A DNA stretch of 53,935 bases from an uncultured Fibrobacterota bacterium (lineage in GTDB: Bacteria; Fibrobacterota; Chitinivibrionia; Chitinivibrionales; CAYFVL01), in NCBI GenBank assembly GCA_964346405.1, contig CAYFVL010000003.1:1-53935 (forward strand), written 5' to 3'. Under the pieces are notes generated by a model that was not told where the DNA came from, did not search any database, and saw only the letters and a list, made by a program, of their open reading frames with translations. Below, piece by piece: positions 10,156 through 19,491 of the stretch. Position 1 is the first letter of the stretch; every line of letters begins with the position of its first letter. The position numbers were made by a program, and so were the translations under genes.

Positions 10156-10210
10156 AATTTCTTGGTGTCCGTCTCATGCCGGTCATTCTTTATATCGGAA
10201 GAAATCGGCT

Positions 10211-11479
10211 TCAACTCCAGAAAAGCGTAGGGGCGGGGTCAATGGGCACCGATACATGTTTTCTTTTGAGGCCCGGCATCTCACACTCATCCGTCCTAAT
10301 CAGTTTTCCGTGCAATAGTAGTTTAGTTCGCTGCTGCGAGCCGGTTATGAAACTTATTCCCGAGCAGTCTTCCGGTTTCATGGGGACTATATCGCCGCCC
10401 GCGTTCCTGCATCCGATAATCTCAATTGTTTCTCCATCGTCGTCAGTTAATACGCGCCATTTCATTCCCCGCCGAATCGTATTGTACCTGAGAAGTTTCG
10501 CAGTTGGGCAAACCCAGACAACTCCCTCATGATACGCCTTGCTGAGCATCCTTAGAGCCTTCATTTCTTCCGGGGGAAACAGTTGTTCCCCTTTCGGGTG
10601 TGGGATACCTAAATGTGTGTATACCACTCCGTACCCGCCACACGCAACCAGACGATCAAGTACGTTTCTTCCAAGTGAGTATTGAAGCGTGTGCCTCGTT
10701 GGCATATGTCTGGCTTTTCTGGGACCTGGATTATACCTTGACACGGTGTACATCATTCCACCGTCCCTCAAACGAGTCGGAACACTGAGATGCGTTAGAC
10801 CGGCTGCACGGCGAACCGCATAGCTTCGACCCACCATTCTCTTTACACAATTTCGTACTAAATGCTGTAGGACAGGTCCGCATATTCGTCCAATTCTGTG
10901 TTCCGACAGAGGCCAGGTTACAATGTCCTCCGGGCAAACGTACCGGATTCCCAGCAGTCTGCACAGGTCGGCACTATAGTATTCACTTTCTGCAACGTCG
11001 CCGCCATAATGGGGATATAGCCGAGACATTAGGTTCTGTGTGTTACAGGGGGCCCCATGGTTTATCCACACTTTCACGGTAATATCATTGCCGAGGAGCA
11101 GCTCGACAACACGCATAGCCATCCGTCGTAGAGCAGAGCCAGGCACTTGTTTCCGGTTTAGGTCTGCCCAGGTATGGATCGAATCAAAAAGCCCAGCATG
11201 TAGCCCCTGGATGATGAACTCCGCGTCCTTTCCCGGTCCGGTCCCCTTATCATTCAACAGAGCAAGCTGTGCAAGTCCCATTCCACAACCGAAAAATGAA
11301 TCGGATACCGGCAGTCCCAAATTCCCATTAAGAAATTCATGGATTTTCATGAACAAAGATCTATCGCAGAGATCGATGTCGGAACAAATTGCCAGGGCAG
11401 CGCGGAATGGGTAGGGAAACGGTCGGAGTTCGACTTGGTGACTGCCGTCCATCGCTGTTTTCCATTTTAGATCTTTCAT
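10211..11479 (-). CDS. Polysaccharide deacetylase-like (NodB/CE4-type barrel) hypothetical protein
   Basis: PYPFRAALAICSDID, SIHTW, WINHG, YTHLG and VWV pattern of metal-binding deacetylase-like barrels, located in the EPS operon. Confidence 0.55.
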   Translation of the reverse strand: MKDLKWKTAMDGSHQVELRPFPYPFRAALAICSDIDLCDRSLFMKIHEFLNGNLGLPVSDSFFGCGMGLAQLALLNDKGTGPGKDAEFIIQGLHAGLFDSIHTWADLNRKQVPGSALRRMAMRVVELLLGNDITVKVWINHGAPCNTQNLMSRLYPHYGGDVAESEYYSADLCRLLGIRYVCPEDIVTWPLSEHRIGRICGPVLQHLVRNCVKRMVGRSYAVRRAAGLTHLSVPTRLRDGGMMYTVSRYNPGPRKARHMPTRHTLQYSLGRNVLDRLVACGGYGVVYTHLGIPHPKGEQLFPPEEMKALRMLSKAYHEGVVWVCPTAKLLRYNTIRRGMKWRVLTDDDGETIEIIGCRNAGGDIVPMKPEDCSGISFITGSQQRTKLLLHGKLIRTDECEMPGLKRKHVSVPIDPAPTLFWS

Positions 11480-12981
11480 GGCGAGGATTCCGCTCCCAAA
11501 TACTGTTCGGGGCCAACTCCGGACGAACCGTTGTGAATACCTCGCTTCTGTTTTGACAGGATTTCATACAGGTATCGAAAATCCTTAACAGAAACGACAC
11601 GGCTACCGACCAGAGCCACGAACAGCAAACAGAATGCAGCAATAGCACGCTGGTACGCTAACATACCGATTCGACTGCCGTAATGGAGAGACAAAAATGC
11701 ACCGAATCCACCAAGCAGGATCATAAAGGCAATCCTCACCGGCCTGGTCTCCCGTCTTACTTCAGGCCCAAGTGCAAAAGCATGCAACAAAAAAGACCCT
11801 GTGTAGGCGCAGAATGAAGCGAACGCTGCGCCTGCCGCGCCGTATCTGGGGATCAGGACGAAATTGAGGACGGTATTCAGAAGCAGCGTTGCGGTACCAA
11901 TACCAAGGCTGGCGGCGTCGCGATTACCGGCAAGAGCTGCTGAAACTACTGCCCACCCCGCAAAATTGATCACAACTATGCCGGAGGCAATCACCAGAAC
12001 CGCGCTGCCGGCAACGAATCCATCTCCGTAAATAGTCGTGACTATAATTCTTGAGAAAAATGCAAACACTGCAGAAAAAGGAAGACAAATTAGAATGTGG
12101 CACCGGTAGAACATGCCGAACATAAGAGGAAACCGTTTCGGGTCAGCATTTTTCGTACGGGCTAATACTGGGAATACTACTGCATTGAGAGCACCGGCCA
12201 CGAGCATCAGGAAGGCCGATAAGCGATTTGCTGCGCTATAGTACCCAACCTGCACATCACCAGCCAAGGCAGACAGCATGAAAACGTTGATCACCGGATG
12301 AACCGACATGAGAAGTTGTATTAAAGCCAATCTCCACGAACCACGGAATAACCTTCGGAAGGCTCCTGCAGCCGGAATGGATAATGGAAGGCCAAAACGA
12401 TGGTAAAAGAGGAGCCACGAGAAGCAAAATGTAATTCCTCTAGCAATGAATTCGATCCACAGAAGAGCAACAACTCCATACCCCCTCAGGAGCATGATTA
12501 TGCTGAAGACAGTCGTTATAGCTCGAAAGGAACTCAAACCAACCGCTTCCGGGATGCTGTTCATCCGGGCGCGAAACATTGAGTACGCGGAAAGAGTGTG
12601 CGTATGGAATAGCGTAGATCCAAATACAATGAACACCCCCACCTGCTTCAGCTTTGTGCCTGCCAGGAAAATAGCCGCAAGAGCAACCATGAGAAGAAGA
12701 ATGCCTGCAATTACGTTTTTGAAGTAGAAAATGTCCGACATGAGGGGAACCGCTTTGTCTGGATCCTTACCAACTTCCCGCATGACGTACCTGTTCAATC
12801 CGAACACAAGGATGATATTCAGGGTCGCCCCTGTTGTGGTAAGAACCACCCAAACACCCATGCTCTCCGCTCCCAATCGTCTGGCTACCACAAAAGTAAG
12901 TGCAATCGAAAACATTTTCGACAGCACCTCCGCCGCGGTGAGTACCCCCGCGCTACGAATAATCATTGTGGCGAGATGCAA
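11476..12981 (-). CDS. wzx: Wzx-type oligosaccharide flippase
   Basis: Many TM segments, ARRLG...G, VGYYSAANRL, FPVLA and LNFVLIPRYGAAGAAFAS. The TTG start is preceded by AGGAGG. Confidence 0.9.
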   Translation of the reverse strand: MHLATMIIRSAGVLTAAEVLSKMFSIALTFVVARRLGAESMGVWVVLTTTGATLNIILVFGLNRYVMREVGKDPDKAVPLMSDIFYFKNVIAGILLLMVALAAIFLAGTKLKQVGVFIVFGSTLFHTHTLSAYSMFRARMNSIPEAVGLSSFRAITTVFSIIMLLRGYGVVALLWIEFIARGITFCFSWLLFYHRFGLPLSIPAAGAFRRLFRGSWRLALIQLLMSVHPVINVFMLSALAGDVQVGYYSAANRLSAFLMLVAGALNAVVFPVLARTKNADPKRFPLMFGMFYRCHILICLPFSAVFAFFSRIIVTTIYGDGFVAGSAVLVIASGIVVINFAGWAVVSAALAGNRDAASLGIGTATLLLNTVLNFVLIPRYGAAGAAFASFCAYTGSFLLHAFALGPEVRRETRPVRIAFMILLGGFGAFLSLHYGSRIGMLAYQRAIAAFCLLFVALVGSRVVSVKDFRYLYEILSKQKRGIHNGSSGVGPEQYLGAESSP

Positions 12982-13201
12982 GGGTCCCTCCTACCTGAGC
13001 ATGAGGCACGATTGAGGAAAATGCCTGCTATCATATCACGCTCATTTCCTGACTTCCGCCTCACTGGAGTCCGAGATGCGCTTTGCGCAGCAACGCTTGA
13101 GAGAAACAGTTTTTTTTCCCTTCACGGAATGCTCCTTTAACACTAGTTTGACGGTAGACCCGGTAGTGTTGCCCTCAAAAGCCGGTTTGCATGGTTTGGT
13201 T

Positions 13202-14734
13202 TCAGGAGGACACATCACCTTCTGTCTGGATAGTATCGGAGTCGGCCCTAATTGAGGTTCTGCACAAGCGAGTAACGCAAACGCACAGAGCTATATAGGC
13301 CCAGAAGAGCGGTGAGGTGAATACATTCCCCCATTCAAAGGCACAATGCAACGACCAGGCACTTAGCCCTGAAAACATTCCAATAGCGACATAACCCATT
13401 ACTCCATTTGAACGGATGGACCTTTGCAAACCGATCAGTGTTACAAATAGAAGCAAAACAAGGAGTATGGCTATCACGACACCGCGCTCGGCGGCAAGGA
13501 GAAGATATTCATTATGGACAGGTGACAACCACCCATAAGAAATGGTTACAGGAGTATAATCGTATTGTCGAGCATAGAGAAGGTAGTTACCGGGACCTAC
13601 GCCGATACTGATATTGTCTACAATCATACCCATGGCGATCTGGACGTGAGCCCACCGACAAATGGCGGTATTCTCGCCCTGAAACAGCCGAGTGCGCACA
13701 TCCGGTCGCGCCAGGAGAACACCCATACTCAAAGCAAACACCAGCCCAATCGAGAAAACACCAGCAAACAATTTTCGATTTGTTCTTTTGGCAATTGAGT
13801 AATACATTGAGACCATTGAAAAGAAAGCGAGGGATACCCAACCTGCCCGTGAGAATGTGAACGTTTCAGCGCAGAACCCAAGAAGAAGGGATATGCCGAC
13901 TGCCAATTTTAGTCGTCTCGCAACGGGAGCGAAGAGGAGAGAGACATGTAAGGGCAGCATAAGCCCAAGATAAGCGGCTAAAACGTTTACACCTCCAAAG
14001 AAGCCCCCCCACCGAGTGATAGTTGCTCCCGCATTGGTGGTAATTTGGCTCTCGCCTTCTCCGAGAAATCTCAGCCCGAAGGAAGTGCCCGTTATGTTCT
14101 GAGCGCACGCAAAACCCGCATGTATAGCCGTTGCCGTCATTAAACCGGCAACGGCAAACAGTATCGCCCACTTACTATTCAAGACATTGCTCATTATGAG
14201 GTATACCACCATACATATCAGGCCGGAATAGAAGATGCCGGTATTATGAATCGGCGAGAGCAGGCTTTTTGACAACCCAAAAGCAGAAAGAACAAGCGCT
14301 ACGAGAATTACGAGCGTTTGGTAGGAGAAGATATGCAATTCCGCGTTCCCCGTTGCGGTTTTTGCCAAAAGAGTTAGTCCCAATATGCACAAGGGTACGA
14401 AAAACAAATCTAAGGTTATGCCTTTCACCGGCAAAAACAGGTCCAACTCCTGATAAAAAAGGTGATAATTGATGGGAAAACAAACAAAGAGGAAGAAAAG
14501 GTACACCAAGACGCCTCTACGATGAGCAATGAACGGCATTGCTAATACAAGAGGGGGAGCCAGGCTTGCCAAAACAGCCCACTTGGTGCTCACGTGTTGT
14601 GTTGCGGAAACACTCACTACGCACATCATGAGTATCCCAGTCATGATTGTCCAGGAACGGACGCCGGTCGCTCGCGGCGACCTGTCCTTAAGACCGTCGG
14701 AGCGAATCATATAATCACTACCGATTTTAAGCAT
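13202..14734 (-). CDS. O-antigen ligase/Wzy-family polymerase
   Basis: Multi-TM protein with TFSRAGW, GVGPGNY and PVHNEYLLLAAERG (Wzy_C-type motifs). Confidence 0.88.
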   Translation of the reverse strand: MLKIGSDYMIRSDGLKDRSPRATGVRSWTIMTGILMMCVVSVSATQHVSTKWAVLASLAPPLVLAMPFIAHRRGVLVYLFFLFVCFPINYHLFYQELDLFLPVKGITLDLFFVPLCILGLTLLAKTATGNAELHIFSYQTLVILVALVLSAFGLSKSLLSPIHNTGIFYSGLICMVVYLIMSNVLNSKWAILFAVAGLMTATAIHAGFACAQNITGTSFGLRFLGEGESQITTNAGATITRWGGFFGGVNVLAAYLGLMLPLHVSLLFAPVARRLKLAVGISLLLGFCAETFTFSRAGWVSLAFFSMVSMYYSIAKRTNRKLFAGVFSIGLVFALSMGVLLARPDVRTRLFQGENTAICRWAHVQIAMGMIVDNISIGVGPGNYLLYARQYDYTPVTISYGWLSPVHNEYLLLAAERGVVIAILLVLLLFVTLIGLQRSIRSNGVMGYVAIGMFSGLSAWSLHCAFEWGNVFTSPLFWAYIALCVCVTRLCRTSIRADSDTIQTEGDVSS

Positions 14735-15809
14735 AGCACACGCGATCGGGATTCGGATGATCGGAGTCGCCCATTGTCACGAAAATCTCCTTTGGATTTA
14801 TTTTCGACGCGCTGCAGAGATCTGTCTCGTAAAAACCCAGAAACGTCTTTGCTGTTTTCCAGGGCAGGAACAGACGGGCCGTAAGCGCGGCAAACCATCT
14901 CCTGCTGGGAGCGCAATACCAGCACTCACATTTCCAGACATCGTTTACCCAAAAAAAACTCATTGCTTGATTCAGAAGAACACCAAACACAGGTCCATTC
15001 GGAGGACATAGCCAGTCTACGAGTAGACCTACCCTGCCGGTTTTTGACGGCTTAATTGCCGTGACCATATAGCCTTCCAGCCTCCTGTTGCGGTATGCCC
15101 CCCAGACCTGATGTCCGGCAATTTTCCTGTCCAGGAATCTCCACGCCACATATTCCGCATCCCTGCGATGAACGTAGCTGAACATATTCTTTACAGCCGC
15201 CCACAAATCATTGAATGATTCATCCACTTCCACAACACGCACAACTTCGAAACCGTCCTGTGCAGCTTTTAACAGTCTACCCATTGCAATTCTATATGTA
15301 TATCGAGCAGGCGCCATTACCCTTGATAGTTTACCGGCGGCCTTCAGAGGATCAAGAAAGCTTATCATTTTTCGAACAGGCCTCTCAAGAAACTGTATCC
15401 TCGTTGACTCACTGAATAACTTTCTGTGATACTGTACAGAGAGATCATTGGCAAACCCGTATACGAACGTAGACCGAGACAGTTCCTTAGATATCTCGGC
15501 AAGATTGTGGTAGATACGTCCGCGCGCCTTTGGTCGCACCATAAGATCAATAGCATTCATCCCGGAGATTTCATCCGAACCTGTAACTATCTTCTTCGGC
15601 CAGTAGCCCGAAAACGCCTGCAAATCACCAACATCATCCGTTATGGTGAAGCCTGTCCCATTGCTCTGTGTTCCGTATTTCCACTCCCATAGGGCCACTG
15701 ATGACCTGTGTCCCCAAACATCCTGTTCCAATAGCGGTAACAATCGTATATCGCTCGCACACAGGGGGCGAACACAGTCCGGGAGCTTCGTTGTACTGTC
15801 AATGCACAC
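14727..15809 (-). CDS. Tandem GNAT-fold acyltransferase of polysaccharide loci
   Basis: WEWKY, DLMVRPKARGR (acyl-CoA motif A-like), YGFAN, RDAEYVAWRF and C-terminal TMGDSD. Confidence 0.75.
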   Translation of the reverse strand: MCIDSTTKLPDCVRPLCASDIRLLPLLEQDVWGHRSSVALWEWKYGTQSNGTGFTITDDVGDLQAFSGYWPKKIVTGSDEISGMNAIDLMVRPKARGRIYHNLAEISKELSRSTFVYGFANDLSVQYHRKLFSESTRIQFLERPVRKMISFLDPLKAAGKLSRVMAPARYTYRIAMGRLLKAAQDGFEVVRVVEVDESFNDLWAAVKNMFSYVHRRDAEYVAWRFLDRKIAGHQVWGAYRNRRLEGYMVTAIKPSKTGRVGLLVDWLCPPNGPVFGVLLNQAMSFFWVNDVWKCECWYCAPSRRWFAALTARLFLPWKTAKTFLGFYETDLCSASKINPKEIFVTMGDSDHPNPDRVCYA

Positions 15810-15848
15810 AATTCGGCAGAACCCTTCTCGGCAGATTTTGCAACCGAA

Positions 15849-16547
15849 TCAGTAGAGCCATTGCGGTACCACGTGTCGATACCGGTTCAGCACAATACCG
15901 CCTACCGAACACCCGTAGCTCGTCAGCATGCTATTGACCCGTTCAACAGCTCTGGCATGAAGGCACTCCGAAGCCACTATCAGAATTACGCAGTCGCTTT
16001 CCCGACAGAAGGCAAGGGATTCCGGTTGAAGTGACAGCGGAGCTAAATCTATGAAAATGTAGTCATACTTATCTCGAGCGAGTTTCATTAACTCTTTTAT
16101 CCCAGAGTAGCTAAACACCGGTCTCGACTTGGTGTATCCTGCCGGCAGAATGCCGGTTTGAGACTCCCGATCCGCTATTACAGAGGCATCGAATTGTTCT
16201 TCACCGGCCAATACATCGGCCAGACCGGGAGTGCGAGCGCAGTAGAATACCTCATGGAGTTGCGGATCTACGAAGTTGGCATCAATCATCAAGGTAGGTG
16301 AATCACTGTTTACGAGCGTACCGAAATCCCTCAGGCCTTTCAATACGGAGGTAACTCCCTGATTCGTTTCTGCACCTAAGAAAGCAAACGATCGATATCC
16401 ATTTTCCTGGTGCATTGCCGCCAACTGTTGCATGAGAAACCCGAATTCTCCAGTGGTCTCGTACACTGCCGTTCCCGATTGTCGAGGGCTCATATTCATC
16501 CCATTGTTCAAGCTGACACCATTCCTTTCCCCCGCATTGAGTTTCAT
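15849..16547 (-). CDS. CpsD/CapB (Wzc C-terminal) tyrosine-kinase-like protein with degenerate Walker A
   Basis: LMIDAN..DP.LH, GLADVL, YDYIFIDLAP and GIVLNR are present. The Walker A region reads GAETNQGVT and lacks Lys. Confidence 0.85.
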   Translation of the reverse strand: MKLNAGERNGVSLNNGMNMSPRQSGTAVYETTGEFGFLMQQLAAMHQENGYRSFAFLGAETNQGVTSVLKGLRDFGTLVNSDSPTLMIDANFVDPQLHEVFYCARTPGLADVLAGEEQFDASVIADRESQTGILPAGYTKSRPVFSYSGIKELMKLARDKYDYIFIDLAPLSLQPESLAFCRESDCVILIVASECLHARAVERVNSMLTSYGCSVGGIVLNRYRHVVPQWLY

Positions 16548-16648
16548 CGCATCGGCCCCTTTTGTACTAAGGTTTCTGTTCAGTTTTCGAATTCAAAACT
16601 GTTCCCTATATCTACCAGATACGTACTCGTTGCAGTTTTGACCAGCGA

Positions 16649-18115
16649 CTATTCACTTCTCTCACGAATACTGCAGAGCACCGGAACACGAAGGACAGTT
16701 TCAATGTCGGAAGCCGTCTTCAAACGAGTATCAAACATCTCAAGTATAAAAGGGGTAGATAGCGCGGCGATTACGGCAAGAATGAGACCAAGCAAGAGGC
16801 TCCTTCCCCTTTTCGGAGAGGACGGGTTCGCGGTCACATCCGCATAATCGGCAACGCTGACATTCGACAGGTTGCGACGCATTTTCTCTGCATTTATGCG
16901 TGCATCCTCGGTCTTCTCGGCATATAGCATATAGTTTTTCGCCTGAAGATCCACGGATCGTAGCACATTCTTTATGCCCACCCAAGTTCGATTGTCTTCG
17001 AGTACTTTTCGCCGCATCTCTTCGATCCTGCTCGATAGTGCCATTTCGCGCGCATTCAGGTTTCTCAGCTCAATCGACTCGGTCTGCAGAGCCTTTTCGA
17101 TTTCTTTATCTCGCTCCGCATTTATTGCATCAACTCGACGAACGATGTCCTGGTATTCCCTGCTCGTTGGCTTGTAACTTGCCGTCACGCGACTTTTCTC
17201 TATCAGTAACGGGACCAAGGCCCGTTCGATCTCAATGAGTGAAGGTATCGTCCGCATGCTCTCAGTTATAGCCAGTTCACTTTCACCATCCAGGGCTTCG
17301 CGAAAAAGCGCAGCTCTACTCCGAGCCTGCTCGGCTTCGACTTGTAGCCGCTTCAGCTCCTTCTCAAGCCCCGTAAGGTTTTCGAAATTCCTTGCATTCT
17401 CTATTTCGAGGTCTACGATGCTATACTCGTTCTGATACTCACTTAGCTTCTGTTCAGATGTATCTAAGCGAGCAAGAAACGAAGTAGCTTGCGATTCGAA
17501 GAACTCCTCACCTTTCTCTATGGTGAAAATTCTACCGTGGTATTCGAGATAGGTTTCCAAAAAGCGATTTAAGACATCCGCCGCCGATTCTGCGTTGGAT
17601 GTGGTCAGCGATAACTGGATCATATTTGAGGCTGCTTTGGTCTTGATTCCCAAAGCCTTCCTCAACATCTGTACCTTACGGTCGATTGGACTGAGGGGTC
17701 TGGTTAATCCGAGCTGTCGACCGGTTTCAGACACTAGGGTCACGGGCAGACGAACAAGTGAACGTATGAACGAAGGCGATGATACATTGGTAAGGAAGTT
17801 CTGAAAACGCTCATCGTAAGATTGCACTACTTCTTTCAGCAAGTCGTCACATTCCATCAACTCGACTTCAGTATTGACATCCTCGATGGTTACTCGGCTT
17901 ATATGCTTTTCATCAGTTCCGGAAGTAATCACCAGCCCTTCGCTTGTTCTTGGAAGAACAATGACTTTGGCCGTACTGGTATACCTCGGTTCGGCAAGAA
18001 AGCTTAGCATAATGATGAGCGACAATAACCCCACCGCCAAGAGGAGGGCCTGTTTCTGCCAGGAAAACCATATTCGTATGAAATCGCGCGGTGTACGGAC
18101 GTTCTTGTGTATCAT
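16649..18115 (-). CDS. GumC/Wzz-type polysaccharide co-polymerase
   Basis: Two TM helices flank a long coiled coil. Motifs PRYTSTAKV, PSSPKR and D.RL....DIE..L.VPVL..I. Confidence 0.9.
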   Translation of the reverse strand: MIHKNVRTPRDFIRIWFSWQKQALLLAVGLLSLIIMLSFLAEPRYTSTAKVIVLPRTSEGLVITSGTDEKHISRVTIEDVNTEVELMECDDLLKEVVQSYDERFQNFLTNVSSPSFIRSLVRLPVTLVSETGRQLGLTRPLSPIDRKVQMLRKALGIKTKAASNMIQLSLTTSNAESAADVLNRFLETYLEYHGRIFTIEKGEEFFESQATSFLARLDTSEQKLSEYQNEYSIVDLEIENARNFENLTGLEKELKRLQVEAEQARSRAALFREALDGESELAITESMRTIPSLIEIERALVPLLIEKSRVTASYKPTSREYQDIVRRVDAINAERDKEIEKALQTESIELRNLNAREMALSSRIEEMRRKVLEDNRTWVGIKNVLRSVDLQAKNYMLYAEKTEDARINAEKMRRNLSNVSVADYADVTANPSSPKRGRSLLLGLILAVIAALSTPFILEMFDTRLKTASDIETVLRVPVLCSIRERSE

Positions 18116-18130
18116 ACAGATTCCTTGGAT

Positions 18131-19156
18131 CTAGTTCTCGTTTACTCTGAAAGCTTCCGTTCCAAAAGTGAAATGAAGAAAATCAGGAACGATACCATTA
18201 ATGTACTGATCAACGAACTGATTTGCTTTGCTAATTCCTGATTTCGGGACATAGACAACATCATACTGGTTCAATTGCAGGTCTTTGTCAACATTCCCAA
18301 ATGCGAGCAACTTCCCGACATTCACCACTCGGCGAATCGGCCGACCATCGTCGGTGCGCGATAATACCACGACCGAGCCCAGCCTGGCGCTCTCCATTTT
18401 CAATTCGGCACTTGCCAGCACACGTAGAATCGTCATAGCCTCATCTATGGAGTACACACCGGGATTTTGCACCTCTCCCAGTACGTAAACCGAATTATTT
18501 CGGGTTTTAGTTAACATTACGGATACGTCAATTTCCGAAAACCCCTCTCGATAAAGCGAGCCTATAGTATCCCGGATTGATGCAAATCTCGCCCCGGCGG
18601 CATTGATTGTGTCGAGAAATGGAAGGAAAAGCGTTCCATCAGGTGACACCGTAACAGTCGTCCGATTGCTTCCCATTTCCTCAACAATTCCGATGAACTC
18701 CCCAGTCTTCTGTTTCACCTCAATGGGATTTATGAAAGTCAAAGGATCGTGAATGGTCTCTCGAAATGATTCGGTAACGTCCTTCGCCAGCGCCGACGCT
18801 GATTTCCCCGCTGCCGGGATTTCTCCTACCGGAGGGAGATGAATTTTTCCGTCTGGAAGTATGGTAACGGTGCGATTGAGTTCCGGATTCGAATAGAACG
18901 ATACGCCTATTCTGTCTCCAGGCTCAAGCAAATACGTCTGTTCACCATTACTATTCACCGACGAGAAGATAATAGTGATTTCATCAGACGGGCCTAAACG
19001 GTAGTCCCGGGATTGTCTTGGAATTGATTTGTCGAATACTCGCTCTCTCCTGATGATTCTGTTTCCAGCACAGCTGCATAGAACGACAACCACAATCAAA
19101 AGAATATAATGTGAACTCTTCATCATAATTCGCTTTCTACTTGGTGTTTTAGCCAT
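18131..19156 (-). CDS. wza: Wza-like polysaccharide export lipoprotein with SLBB domain
   Basis: Lipobox LCSC, Y.L.PGD.I, PDGKI.LP.VG, VYVLGEVQNPG and L...DVVYVPKS. The start may be 19126 or 19123. Confidence 0.9.
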   Translation of the reverse strand: MAKTPSRKRIMMKSSHYILLIVVVVLCSCAGNRIIRRERVFDKSIPRQSRDYRLGPSDEITIIFSSVNSNGEQTYLLEPGDRIGVSFYSNPELNRTVTILPDGKIHLPPVGEIPAAGKSASALAKDVTESFRETIHDPLTFINPIEVKQKTGEFIGIVEEMGSNRTTVTVSPDGTLFLPFLDTINAAGARFASIRDTIGSLYREGFSEIDVSVMLTKTRNNSVYVLGEVQNPGVYSIDEAMTILRVLASAELKMESARLGSVVVLSRTDDGRPIRRVVNVGKLLAFGNVDKDLQLNQYDVVYVPKSGISKANQFVDQYINGIVPDFLHFTFGTEAFRVNEN

Positions 19157-19491
19157 TAGCTATGAAAAATCCATCGAGGTTATTAGAGAACGGTTACCCC
19201 ATTGCAAGAAATGTGTTTGCCGCCATTCAATCCATGCATTTTTCCTGACAATTGTTTATCCCCAGAGGCGGATCTGTGGTACAGCGCTCCCGCCAGGGTA
19301 GTTTTCCAGCCCCCTTCCCCCCGGTAAGCAGGGTTCCTATGCCTGACAGTTCACTCATCTGTCGCATAATGCCTTATGCTTTAGGGAATCTCTCTGAGCC
19401 CTATCTGCGATTTTCGTCCTTAGACGGCCGACCTTCGTTCAAGCTTGCACTTACCGCTACTCCCGCTTTCCAAGAGGCGTGATGGTATTGA

